A DNA stretch of 64,000 nucleotides, taken from Octopus vulgaris (taxonomy: Eukaryota). The position numbers were made by a program, and so were the translations under genes. This document shows positions 1-12,155 of the stretch, piece after piece. Below the pieces are notes generated by a model. It was not told the origin of the DNA. It saw only the letters and a program-made list of their open reading frames with translations, and did not search any database. Position 1 is the stretch's first letter. Each line of letters starts with the position of its first letter. The stretch lies in the NCBI GenBank assembly GCA_951406725.2, contig OX597814.1, forward strand, positions 112,282,001 through 112,346,000. The letters are read 5' to 3'.

Positions 1-170
1 TCTGCCTATACCATTAGAACAAACACATATGCCTTATCTCAGACTTCATAAGAACATTCTACATCTGTGTAGTCTCTAACTTACAGTGCTGAACAATTAA
101 CCAATAACACAGCAGCACAATGAAGTTTGTATACACAGGAATATCTACAAAAATCCCCCCACGAGATGCA

Positions 171-925
171 CAACTGAGTCTGTATACAATACAATATCTA
201 AGATATATTCATGAGCCGCACAACTGAATCTGTATATATTACTGTTTACGAAACAACCTCCAACTGCACCACTGAGTCTATAAAACTTAGATGAAACTTA
301 GATATGTTTCGACCAAAGATTGGTCCAGGCCACGTCTAACTTAATAGCACCACCTGACAGGATTATCTAAATCCTTTTTAAGTCAAGTCTTGTTTATCGT
401 CTATTGAAGTAGTGAGTTCTTGTTGAGTGAGTTGTATCCAGGTAGAGGTGGTTTATCCGGTATTCTTTGAAGAAATCTGTCCAGACTCCGTTTTAAGGTG
501 ATGGGATCCATTTTCCTCTTTAATCAGTTTTGGGACACTGTTAAACAGGGCAGGACCTGTTGAATTGACAAGCGCACAGCTGAATCTGTACATGAGGGGA
601 TGCTGAAATGATTCTGGCTTTAAGGGTGTCGCAAAAGGACTTTTTGGAGGCCCAACCTTCTGAGTTCTTTTACAGGGCTTAGAAAAACAAAAGGATCCCT
701 GAGATAAGTGTGTGAATATGAGAAGGGAATATGGTGGATAAAATCATGATTAACTGATCTTCCGGTGTTTTCTTTTACTCAGCGCCAGGAACTTTTCTGT
801 ACCCTCTTGTATATAACTATGTCTAAGAATCAACTACCAGCTCCACAACTGAATCCGTATATGTTACGTTGTCTAACAGTAAAGTTAGCCAATTTCATAA
901 CTGATAACTGAGTCTGTACACATTA
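171..925 (+). repeat. Degenerate tandem repeat, about 50-bp unit, core CAACTGARTCTGTA
   Basis: Motif variants near 171, 221, 270, 577, 846 and 905; the array is interrupted by a mariner remnant. Confidence 0.55.
591..811 (+). mobile_element. Non-autonomous mariner-like element retaining a transposase C-terminal remnant
   Basis: Degenerate inverted ends (catgaggggatgctgaaatgattctggc / gccaggaacttttctgtaccctcttgta). Interior encodes FLEAQPSEFF..DKCVNMRREY, like the mariner C-terminus KCV..G.Y. A second copy lies at about 36360-36535. Confidence 0.7.
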
Positions 926-1026
926 CAATGTCTTAAAATTTAAGCATGAAATGTCTTCAGCTGCTCAGCTGATACAATGAGCAAACTCAGTTTGACAAAT
1001 ACTAGACGTCTAATTATTATGAGTTA

Positions 1027-1428
1027 TTCTTTCATTCTTTTATTTGTTTCAGTCATTTGACTGCGGCCATGCTGGAGCACTGCCTTTAGTCGAATAAACC
1101 GACCCCAGGACTTATTCTTTGTAAACCTAGTACTTATTCTATCGGTCTCTTTTGCCGAACCGCTAAGTTACGGAGACGTGAACACAGCACCATTAGTTGT
1201 CAAGCGATGGTGGGGGATGAGAAAAACACACACACACACATACACACACATATATATACATATATACGACAGGCTTCTTTCAGTTTCCCTCTTCTAAATC
1301 CACTCACAAGGCTTTGGTCAGCCCGAGGCTATAATAGAAGACACTTGCCCAAGGTACCACGTAGTGGGACTGAACCCGGAACTATGTGGTTGGTAAGCAA
1401 GCTACTTACCACACAGCCACTCCTGCGC
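1027..1428 (-). mobile_element. SINE family A (tRNA-like head, CORE-like segment, internal microsatellite), full length
   Basis: Head GGAGTGGCTGTGTGGTAAG..GGTTCAGTCCC (A and B boxes), CACCTTGGGCAAGT-type segment, tail CAGCATGGCCGCAGTCAAATGACTGAAAC; more than 20 related copies or fragments in the window. Confidence 0.9.
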
Positions 1429-1939
1429 TTTTGTTGGCCGCTTTCACAAAATTCTTTACATAGAGATTATTTTTCTCATCCAGTCTTTCTCTTTTTTGCG
1501 CTGCGTGCTGACGCTTTCAACTTGAGTGGCATTCTATCACTAACAGACACACTCCAGTCTCTGGACCACCGGCGTCATCTGTCCTCTTTCTGTCTTTTCC
1601 ATCGCTATTATAATGGCCTCAGCTCCACTGAGGGGGCTAGTCTCATGCCGCAACCACTCACACTCCCTCAACATATTTGTTACTCCATCTTTCCTTGCCG
1701 TAAGGGGAACCTTCTTTGCCTTCCTAATGAATATATCCAGTCCTTTCACCCTTGAATATCTTGCTGCTGGAATCTCATTCTTGATCGTATCTTCCCTGCT
1801 GGTGTTGAACGGCAACAATTTAAACGATACATTCAAAGCATCAAACGCAACAGCCTTTGAAAGCTTGCAAAGATCACGGACTCTGCTCTTTCTTCCAGAC
1901 TCACTAAGAAGAAAAAGAAAACAAGGTCCTTCCCGATTT

Positions 1940-2305
1940 TGATGCAGCTCCTGAAGTCTTGCATGCGTAGCGGGCTTGCTACCCACAGCCTACGGTACCA
2001 TGCTATCCGTTCTTGTCAGCTATCTAATACTTTCATGATTATTCTGGTCGTGCCAAGGAGGCAAACCTTTTGTAACGGTTCTACTGGGCACTCTATTCTG
2101 ATTTCTTTTATATTCCTCTTGATGCCTTCTGATACTGTTTCCAAGGACCCAACAATAATTGGCACTATCTTCATATTCTTCATTTTCCATAAGGGTCTAT
2201 TTCGTACCTAAGAAAGTTGTATCTATCTATCTTTTCGCCTTCCTTCTTGACTATTCGTGGGTCAAAGGGGTATGAAACATCAACTATATAGCATATGTGG
2301 TGATT
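1940..2305 (-). pseudogene. 3' fragment of an R4/Dong-like non-LTR retrotransposon (RLE endonuclease C-terminus plus 3' UTR)
   Basis: Translates across a frameshift to CYIVDVSYPFDPRIVKKEGEKIDRY..KIVPIIVGSLETV..LQKVCLLGTTRIIMKVLDS*; abuts an (AAT)n tract. Confidence 0.85.
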
Positions 2306-2312
2306 ATTATTA

Positions 2313-2352
<40 letters not shown>

Positions 2353-2353
<1 letters not shown>

Positions 2354-2908
2354 GAGTGAGTGAGCAGTGAATGCCATTAAAGTGACACTGGGGCAAAATA
2401 TACGAAGCCCAGTATACCCATTATGACTACCCGTCTGATTAAAGGTACACCAGACACATGCATCACAACCATATGTGCGCGACATGGTGATCTCATATCA
2501 AGATAAACAGCGCATGACTTTGCAGGTGGGGCCGAGTTACAATTTTCTTCGGGTCGAGTAACCCATCCCGCTCAAAAGGTCCCTGAATAAGGGTTGTTTA
2601 AGGATGTTCAACGAAACACCCATGTTTCCAAAGGTGAATTATCCAAGCTACAAAGAGTTCCTCTCAATACATGGCTATGATGCTCCCCGACTCCTTCTGC
2701 TCGTAATCAGAGATGCACATATCGCCAGCCACTGAGGGACACGCTCAACTTGTTAAGGTCAAACAACTGACAAGCAAATCTGTGGAATTGAGCAGAGTAC
2801 TTGCTGTAGCCCATCTTTTATACCAAGACAAAACAATGTACATAACACTTCCAGTCAATTGAGATCAGAAGCCATGAGAACCACTGCCTGGTGCTGCATC
2901 AAGGCATC
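2353..2908. mobile_element. About 555-bp non-coding element bounded on both sides by (ATT)n
   Basis: Complex sequence sharply delimited by (ATT)n at 2303-2352 and 2909-2952; no ORF; single copy in the window. Confidence 0.5.
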
Positions 2909-2954
<46 letters not shown>

Positions 2955-3860
2955 CTTTGTTCTATCGATCTCTTTTGCAGGGATCAGTTTACTCGATCTA
3001 ACACTTCAAGACAGTGCTCCAGCCTGGCTGTAGTCCAGTGACTGAAACAAAGCAGATTACAGTTAGATGAGGTTCTTATGCAATTATAATTAATCTCCCA
3101 TACATAAACTGCCCACATCACTAACGCAGAATCCCACCGACCTTGGTTTGTGAGTTAGGGTCAATGATGGCGGGTTTATGGTTAAGAAACTATAACGATT
3201 TCAGATTTTGGTCCAAGGCCTGAAATTTTAGTGGGAGATGTTAGTGGATTACATCGACCCCAGTGTTCAGCCCCTACTACCCAACCACACCGTTTCAGGT
3301 TCAATTCCAATGTATGGCACTTTGGGCAAGTGTCTTCTACTTGCCTCGGGTTGACCAGAGCCTTTTGAGTGGATTTGGTAGATAGATTCGAAGGGATGAA
3401 AAGCAATGCCGACCTCAGCAGAATTTGAAATCAAAACGTAAGGATCCAAAAGATAAGATACTATTAAGCACCTTATCCAAAGCTCTAACGATTCTGCCAG
3501 CGCACCACCCAGAGTAGAGGAAACCATATTGTTGCCTGTTTTAGCTGGTCTGATGCTCATCTGATGCAGATTTACGACTGTTTTTGTGGCGGTTTTATCG
3601 CAGTTTTATGACTCTCTACCACAATCAATTGAATCTTATGGCTTTTGTTTTCATGGCTGGTAGTTACTCTTTTGATGTCTGTGTATTGGATGTACGACAT
3701 GGTATTGTGTAGTTAGTGGCGAGTAACACCACCACCATCACAACCACAACCACCACCACCACCACCACCAATACTACTCATATTACTAATAGTTGTACGT
3801 CGTTAAATGCGTGCCGTATATAACAATGACACGTTTATGTCGAGGGTATAAAGTTGTTGC

Positions 3861-4246
3861 TGTTTGTTTGTTTGTTTGTTTGTTGGTTGAGTGAAGCGGT
3901 CTTCGTCCCAGTAGTGGGAGAAGTCCGAAACGTGGTCCTTTGCTATTCGTAAGACCCGCAGAAGAGAAAGCAGGTCAACCCCCGACACCGAGAGCATCAA
4001 CGGATGGATGAATGCGCATCCAGGCTCAGCGGTTGCGTAGGAAGACAGGGACAAGAAACAAGAAGAAAGAGTGAGAGAAAGTTGGAGCGAAAGAGTACAA
4101 CAGGGGTCGCCATCACTCCCTGCTGGAGCCTCGTGGAGCTTTAGGTGTTTTCGCTCAATAAACACATACAACGCCCGGTCTGGGATCGAAACCGCGATCC
4201 TCCGACCGCGAGTCCGCTGCCCTAACCACTGGGCCATTGCGACTCC
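3861..4246 (-). mobile_element. SINE family B (tRNA-Arg-like head), tail type III ending in (AAAC)n
   Basis: Head GCAATGGCCCAGTGGTTAGGGCAGCGGACTCGCGGTCG..GGTTTCGATCCC shared with six other copies; unique 3' half. Confidence 0.88.
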
Positions 4247-4404
4247 ACTGCTGTTGTTGTTGTTGTTGGTGGTGGCTGTGGTTGTGGTTGTGGTTGCGGA
4301 GATGTTTGGTACCAGGTCAGTCCTGGTGGAGTAGACCTGTCACGAAAGTCGTTCCATCCGTGAATGTCCTGCCTTGTTTCATACTTATCTAATGTATTTT
4401 CCTT

Positions 4405-4875
4405 TCTTTTATCTTTTACTTGCTTCAGTCATTGGACAGCGGCCATACTGGGGCACCGCCTTGAACAAGTGAATTGACCCCAGGACTTACTATATCGTTT
4501 AAAGACTGGTACTCATTCTATCAGTATCTTTTGCCGAACCGTTAAGTTGTGGGAACGTAAACATACAAAACCGGTCTTGAAGCGGTGGTGAGGACAAGTA
4601 CAAAGAACCCACCCACCCCGCCCCACCCCCCACACACATATGTGTGTGTGTGTGTGTGTGTGTCTGTGTTCGTTCCCCACCATCGCTTGATAACCGATGG
4701 TGGCGTGTTTAGGTCCTCGTAACTTAGCGGTTCGGCAAAAGTGACCGATATGAATAAGTACTAGGCTTAGAAAGAATAAGTCCGGGAGTCGATTTGTTCG
4801 ACTAAAAAGGCGGTGCTCCAACATGGCCGCTGTCAAATAACTGAAACAAGTATAAAAAAAAATAAAAGAATAAAA
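4405..4875. mobile_element. Two SINE A 3' halves in inverted orientation
   Basis: Minus-strand half at about 4405-4600 and plus-strand half at about 4640-4875, around a C-rich/(TG)n spacer. Confidence 0.8.
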
Positions 4876-5280
4876 CTAGATTTTTAAACAAGGAATGGTT
4901 AAGGGGGTCCCCCGGAATAAAACAATAAGCAAAGAATCATTGGTTTAGAGCCGGGGTTTTCAACCATTTTTTTTTTATCTATGGACCCCTTTGATTAGTT
5001 TTATTCTAGTGGACCCTCATAGTCATTCAACAGTTAAAAACTAGTTTTATAGAAACTTCTTTTAAAATTGTTATTTTGTTTTTCACCCATTAACTTGTGT
5101 GGCTTGAAATATGTCAAATGTTAGAGAAAGAAACCTAGCTGTTTCTAGCAAAAACATACCCATATATACATCTAAAGCAGGGCTTCTCAACCACTTTTTG
5201 TTTCTTATCTATGGACGCCTTTGATTACTATTTTATTCTGGTGGACCCCCACAGCTATTCGAAGTTTTAAAACTATTTTA

Positions 5281-5825
5281 AAAATCACAAAACCCATTAG
5301 ATTCACTTCAACACTTCAATTTGTCAAACTATTTTTGTCGCTTTGAAACTGCAACCTGTTCTGACAAATTAGATTTAAATGTTGAAGTGAATCTAACGGT
5401 TCTCTGTGTGTTTAAGGCGGCGAGCTGGTTAAGGCGGCGAGCTGGTTAAGGCGGCGAGCTGGTTAAGGCGGCGAGCTGGTTAAGGCAGCGAGCTGGCAGA
5501 AACGTTAGCACGCCGGGCGAAATGCTTCGCGGCATTTCGTCTGCCGCTACGTTCTGAGTTCAAATTCCGCCGAGGTTGACTTTGCCTTTCATCCTTTCGG
5601 GGTCGGTTAAATAAGTACCAGTTACGCACTGGGGTCGATGTAATCGACTTAATCTGTCTGTCTGTCCTTGTTCGTCCCCTCTGTGTTTAGCCCCTTGTGG
5701 GTAGTAAAGAAATAGGTTCTCTGTGTGTTGTTAAATGGCTTATAAATACCTTCCGCGCTGCAATTGCTTTTGTTTCAGCACAGGATCTCAGATCAGGTCA
5801 CTTGTTATGCAAGTATATCTCCGTA
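5281..5825 (+). mobile_element. Fold-back PLE-like element (same family as 60522-60848) with a decayed hammerhead, split by a SINE
   Basis: Inverted arms ttagattcacttcaaca / tgttgaagtgaatctaa; same tail (..tatgcaagtayatctccgta) as the 60.5-kb copy. Confidence 0.75.
5413..5714 (+). mobile_element. SINE family C with a five-fold 17-bp head repeat
   Basis: (TTAAGGCGGCGAGCTGG)x5, B-box GAGTTCAAATTC, central GCCTTTCATCCTTTCGGGGTCG; 15-bp TSD GGTTCTCTGTGTGTT at 5398-5412 and 5715-5729. Confidence 0.92.
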
Positions 5826-6159
5826 AAGTTTAAAAATTAGTTTTCCAGAAACTTCTTTCAAAATTCTTATTTTGTTTTTCACACATTCACGTGTGTAGGT
5901 TGAACAAAATAAAATGTTAGAGAAAGAAACCCAGCTGTTTCTTGCAATACGTACCAATACAAACATCTAAAACGAAGTTTTTCAGGGGTCATTAAAATAC
6001 TGCTGTGGATCCCCAATTCACTATTTTCTCGTGTGGGACCCTAAAAACTAACATGGACACTCAGGGGTCATGTGGACCCAAGTTGAGAACCACTGGTTTA
6101 GAGCTTGTTTTCTCTGATGAAACCCGACAATTATTTCTTCTAGGATTGCATTTAGGGGC

Positions 6160-6214
<55 letters not shown>

Positions 6215-6399
6215 ATAGTTCTCGCCAGTAAAGGTGATTCGGAAAGATGACTGATACTTTGAGAATTTGATGTGGATGAAAGGACCAGGCATTTCAACTA
6301 AAGTCTGGAAACGACGTGTAAGCGGGGCATGGGTGGGGGTGTTGTTGACTGGTGAGAATGCTCTGTCCTTCCTCAGTGGGTGTCCTCCTCTTTTATTTA

Positions 6400-7985
<1,586 letters not shown>

Positions 7986-8275
7986 AGTAACGGGAGGAGG
8001 AGAAAATGGAATCCGCCAGATTAAGAATCTACGATCATTTCGCCCCGTTGTGCATCGGTCCCTTGCGGGAGAGATTCTGTACAAAATGTTGTGGTGCATC
8101 ATTAGGTGCAGATACGCTTCGCCAGGTGACTTGTCAAAAGATACCTAGCTCTTTGATCTCTGTTTCGTTTATTTCGAAATACATTTCGTAATTTGCTTGA
8201 AGTTGGTGACATACAGGTGGGAGCATGAGTTAGAATACACACACACACACACAGATGTATGTATGTATGTACGTA

Positions 8276-8336
<61 letters not shown>

Positions 8337-9035
8337 TTTGTATGAGTAGAATGAAGAATTAGATCATCCAAACTTTGTTTATTTTCTGTTAGAATTCTAT
8401 CTGCAAATAAACATCGTTGCTATTATGCAAAAGTGTCGTAAGTCCAAAACGTTGCTTTTTCAGAAAACAAAAAAATAGTTTCACCATTCCATAGCAAAAC
8501 CGTTGTACTACACTTTGACAATTTTGTATATCTCGGCATCTGAAGCAGTTGGAGATACGATAGTTTGACCAAAAGAACCGGCTATTGGAAGGGAAAATAA
8601 ATATTAAAGAAGAAAATTACACATTTGGCCAAATTTGGACATACGACAATTTAACATAATAACAACGACAGTGTCTTCTGTAGTAGAAGACACTTGCCTA
8701 AGGTGCCACGTAATGGGACTGAACCCAGAACCATATGATTGGTAGCAAGCTACTTACCACACAATCAATCCTGCGCCTATATATATATATATATATACAC
8801 TAACACACACTTACATACATATACATTGATAATCGCTCACACTTTGCAACATTTCGTAGGGAAGGGCCTGGAAAGCCTGCAAGAAACTTCAATACAGCTG
8901 GCAGCCAAGTTTCTTAAAGTTCAAAAAGCCTGTCTCCTTTCATGGCAAGTGTAAAGAGCAGTCTTCTCTATGGAGATGAAACCTGGAGTGTGAAGAAGGA
9001 GCTTAAAGGTTGCCCTTTAATGGTTTATACATGAA

Positions 9036-9806
9036 GGAGTGGCTGTGTGGTATGTAGCTTGCTTACCAACCACATGCTTCCGGGTTCAGTCCCACCGCGT
9101 GGCACCTTGGCAAGTGTCCTTGTGAATGGATTTGATAGACGGAAACTGAAAGAAGCCCGTCGTATATATGTATATCTCTCTGTATATAAACGGCAGTTTG
9201 TCTGTGTGTGTGTCTGTGTGTCTGTCAGGTTGTACCCTCACCCTGACCACGGCTTTCAACCGATTCTGATGAAACTTGACACACACATAGCCCAATGTCA
9301 TAATTCAAAACTAACGCAGCGAAAATTTTGAAAAGTTCACCCAGTTCTGAAAAAAATCGATAAATTCGACATGGGGTCGAGAATCAGAAACACAAACCAC
9401 AGACTGTCTAGGGGACGCGACTCGACCTTTTTAACTCTCAAACAAAAATTTACCATAATTTTTTTTCCATTTTTTTGCTATTTTTTGGCTATAACTCTCT
9501 AAAAATGCTTTATAGTTATTTCCCTTACAAACCCGAGCAACGCCGGGCGATACTGCTAGTGTATATATATATATGTGTGTGTTTGTGTGTCTGTGTTTGT
9601 CTCCTCCCAGCATCACTTGACAACCGATGCTGGTGTGTTTACGTCCCCATAACTTACCGGTTCAGCAAAAGAGACACCGATAGAATAAGTACTAGGCTTA
9701 CAAAGAATAAGTCCTGGGGTCGATTTGCCCGACTAAAGGCGGTGCTCCAGCATGGCCGCAGTCAAATGACAGAAACACGTAAAAGAGTAAGAGTAAAGAG
9801 TAAGAG
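9036..9806 (+). mobile_element. SINE A carrying a Helitron in its internal microsatellite
   Basis: Head 9036-9165, tail 9575-9806. Confidence 0.88.
9175..9559 (+). mobile_element. Non-autonomous Helitron
   Basis: A|TC start, subterminal hairpin CCCGAGCAACGCCGGG, CTAG|T end, no TSD. Confidence 0.9.
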
Positions 9807-10205
9807 TATGAGCGCTCAACAGTATTTCATGGCTTGTATACAAGACCAAAGAGGGGATTTCTGGAGATAATGTAAGTAATGATGTCGATTCATTCGACTA
9901 AAAATTCTTCAAGCCAGTGCTCCAGCATGGCCACACTCTAGTGACTTACGCAATTAAAAGATAAAAGATATTGATATTCTATTCATCTCTATTGGTGCTC
10001 AACGCAAGGTAACCCCTCTGATTACTGCCGTCGTTCAGAACACTAGGCTGTGTCAGATGTTATATATTTTGAAAAGTTTTGTCCTAATTGGAGGCAAGGA
10101 CGCCTTAAACCTCTGCTCATAGCAGAGACCGACAACATGAAAGTAAGGACTTAGCAAACCTGGATTATGAAGAAAGATCTTCAAAACCACTTTGATGATC
10201 TGCAC

Positions 10206-10602
10206 CGGTGACTCTCAACCATATTTTTAGCTATGGACCCCTTTGATTAGTAATTTATTCTGGTGGAACCCCATAACCATTCGATGTTTAAAAAGTAGTA
10301 TTATAGATACTTCTTTAAACATTCCTAATTTGTTTTTTACACGTTCACTTGTGGAGCTTTGTAATAGCACTCATTGAGAGAACATGTTTCGGTGGCTTGT
10401 AACATGTTGAACTCTGTAAAGCCTTAGCTGGTAATTTTTCTTTTTTTTTGTTTCTTTTCAATAAAGCCATCTAAAGTAAACATTTTTCATGGACCCTTAA
10501 AATACTGCTGTGGATCGCCAGATTGCTAGTTTGCGTGCATGGACGCCCAAAAATCTTACAGGGCCCATCAGGGGTTACATGAACCCTGGTTGAGAACAAC
10601 TG
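10206..10602. mobile_element. Non-autonomous hAT element (family of 4951-6095)
   Basis: Colinear homology; end GTTGAGAACAACTG; degenerate 8-bp TSD atctgcac / ctctgtac. Confidence 0.85.
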
Positions 10603-10940
10603 CTCTGTACAATGGGCTTATACAGTGGGACCAATATATTTCGTGGCGTGAGCCCAAAACCGAAGAGGAAATTCTTATGGACATATTCCACCCATCTTTT
10701 TGTTGTTTAATACAAGGAAGGCTCTGCAGGCCAATGTGATTGTGTTGCACACCAGGCCACATCGGGTGTTGTGGTTTGGAAACTTCCACACCTTAATGGA
10801 GGACATAGACCACTCAACTACGTTGGTGTTATCATCAGTAGACACAGAAAACATGAATTGGTGACCTGCCAAAGCTAAAGTGGAGGACAGAGATTCTTGG
10901 CACGGCCTCGTGAAACACATCTCGATTGTGGTCGCTTGAA
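10603..10940 (+). pseudogene. Second RTE-clade LINE C-terminal relic
   Basis: ISWREPKTEEEI..GGHRPLNYV..EDRDSWHGLVKHIS across frameshifts, resembling the RTE ORF end. Confidence 0.65.
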
Positions 10941-11601
10941 AAATACACACACACACACACACACAAACACACAGGCACACCCACATGTCTGCATTTATCT
11001 CTCGATCTATTTATGTGTGTCTGTGTATTTGAATACATGTGAGTGTGTCTGTGTTTCTTTATATATGTGTATGTGTGAGCGTGTCTGTGTATGCGCCTTT
11101 GTGTGCCTGTGCGTCTGCGTGTATTTAATCATGTATACGTGTATGCACATACATACAACACACACACACACACACACTTCGCTTTGTTTCTATCTCACTA
11201 AATACGCATTCACCGTTCATTCCAACAGAAGCTTAACGATCGATATATTTTAATATAATCGGCAAACTTAGAGATTGCATGTAGTAAAAGTAAACTACAA
11301 ATAGATTATTTCAAAATGATCTGATTCACACGGTACCGTTACGCGGTGGTACGCCTCCCAACGCACACTCTCTCTCTCTCTAGCGATAGGAAATTATAAT
11401 GATCTGATCCTGTGGAATTAAAATTTGGGAATAATATGATTATTTAAAAGCTTCAGTTACGAACACACTGATATAACGAGTGTTAACAATAGAAGCAGAT
11501 CTTTTTCGAGATACGTGATGTGGTGGATGTTAGGTGATACGAAGAGTCAACGCCGACACACGCGTTCAAATACTGCCTGGTGTCAACATTTATACACGCA
11601 T

Positions 11602-11859
11602 ATCACCGTGATCGCCATGACCGACCAGGCTACCCGATGTTGCTACACATCGCTGGTCACAATGCGCTTCGCATTGTTTTAGCCTTCAAATGATGCCACC
11701 CCGCTGGTAAAGCGAGCAAGCCAACAGAAGAAACAGTGAGAGAAAGTTGTGGCGAAAGAGTACAGCTCAATAAACACTCACAACGCCCGGTCTGGGAATC
11801 GAAACCACGATCCTACGACCGCGAGCCCGCTGCCCTAACCACTGGCCCATTGTGCCTAC
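11602..11859 (-). mobile_element. SINE B, tail type II, internally deleted
   Basis: Shared head; tail as at 37361-37653; 12-bp TSD TTATACACGCAT at 11590-11601 and 11862-11873. Confidence 0.88.
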
Positions 11860-11989
11860 ACTTATACACGCATTTGTTTTTGTTTTTATTTTTGTTTTTG
11901 CTTTGGTGTCTCGCTCTGCTGTATACGAATATGAGGATTTGCATCCCCAACGAAAATCGTCTTTTTCCCAATTGGTGTGGTAACTGTGT

Positions 11990-12077
11990 GCGGCTGATGA
12001 AGGCTATTGACATACATATTACATCAATTATGCATTGATATAAACTGTCTAATAAAGGCCAGAAACATATGTACCGC
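11990..12077 (+). ncRNA. Type I hammerhead ribozyme with a long stem II
   Basis: Stem I GCGG/CCGC; core CUGAUGA; stem II GGC-UAUU-GACA..AUCAAU/AUUGAU..UGUC-AAUA-GCC with an A.A pair at its base; GAAA; palindromic stem III ACAUAUGU; GUA site, cut after 12073. Confidence 0.8.
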
Positions 12078-12123
12078 TAAATCCTTTGCATCCTGTTTTT
12101 CTTTTGATAAATATACTTATACA

Positions 12124-12154
<31 letters not shown>

Positions 12155-12155
12155 C

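Larger units (their letters stand above)
4951..6095. mobile_element. Non-autonomous hAT element (composite, with nested insertions)
   Basis: CAGTGGTTCTCAAC-type TIRs; perfect 8-bp TSD GTTTAGAG at 4943-4950 and 6096-6103; second left end at 5178; repeated GGACCCC subterminal motifs. Confidence 0.9.
8858..10200 (+). pseudogene. Decayed RTE-clade LINE 3' part, interrupted by SINE A and a Helitron
   Basis: GRAWKACKKL..ASVKSSLLYGDETWSVKKEL (RTE LLYG.ETW motif) at 8858-9010; resumes near 9806 (ISW..KTKEG) and 10000 (CRRSE..AVSDVI). Confidence 0.7.

Noticed and set aside
1207-1755. 182-aa ORF and similar ORFs (16281, 25775, 48492, 59686)
   Set aside because: They read through SINEs, and the same pseudo-peptides recur at each copy.
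4170-4246. tRNA-like sequences at SINE heads
   Set aside because: A and B boxes are present, but acceptor stems are incomplete and each continues into a SINE body; these are not tRNA genes.
5412-5496. CRISPR-like direct repeats (also 18089-18360)
   Set aside because: No unique spacers, no cas genes, and a eukaryotic context.
9257-9280. CTGATGAAAC in the Helitron (also in the HINE at about 35300 and at 6115)
   Set aside because: No stem II between the core and GAAA, and no stems I or III.
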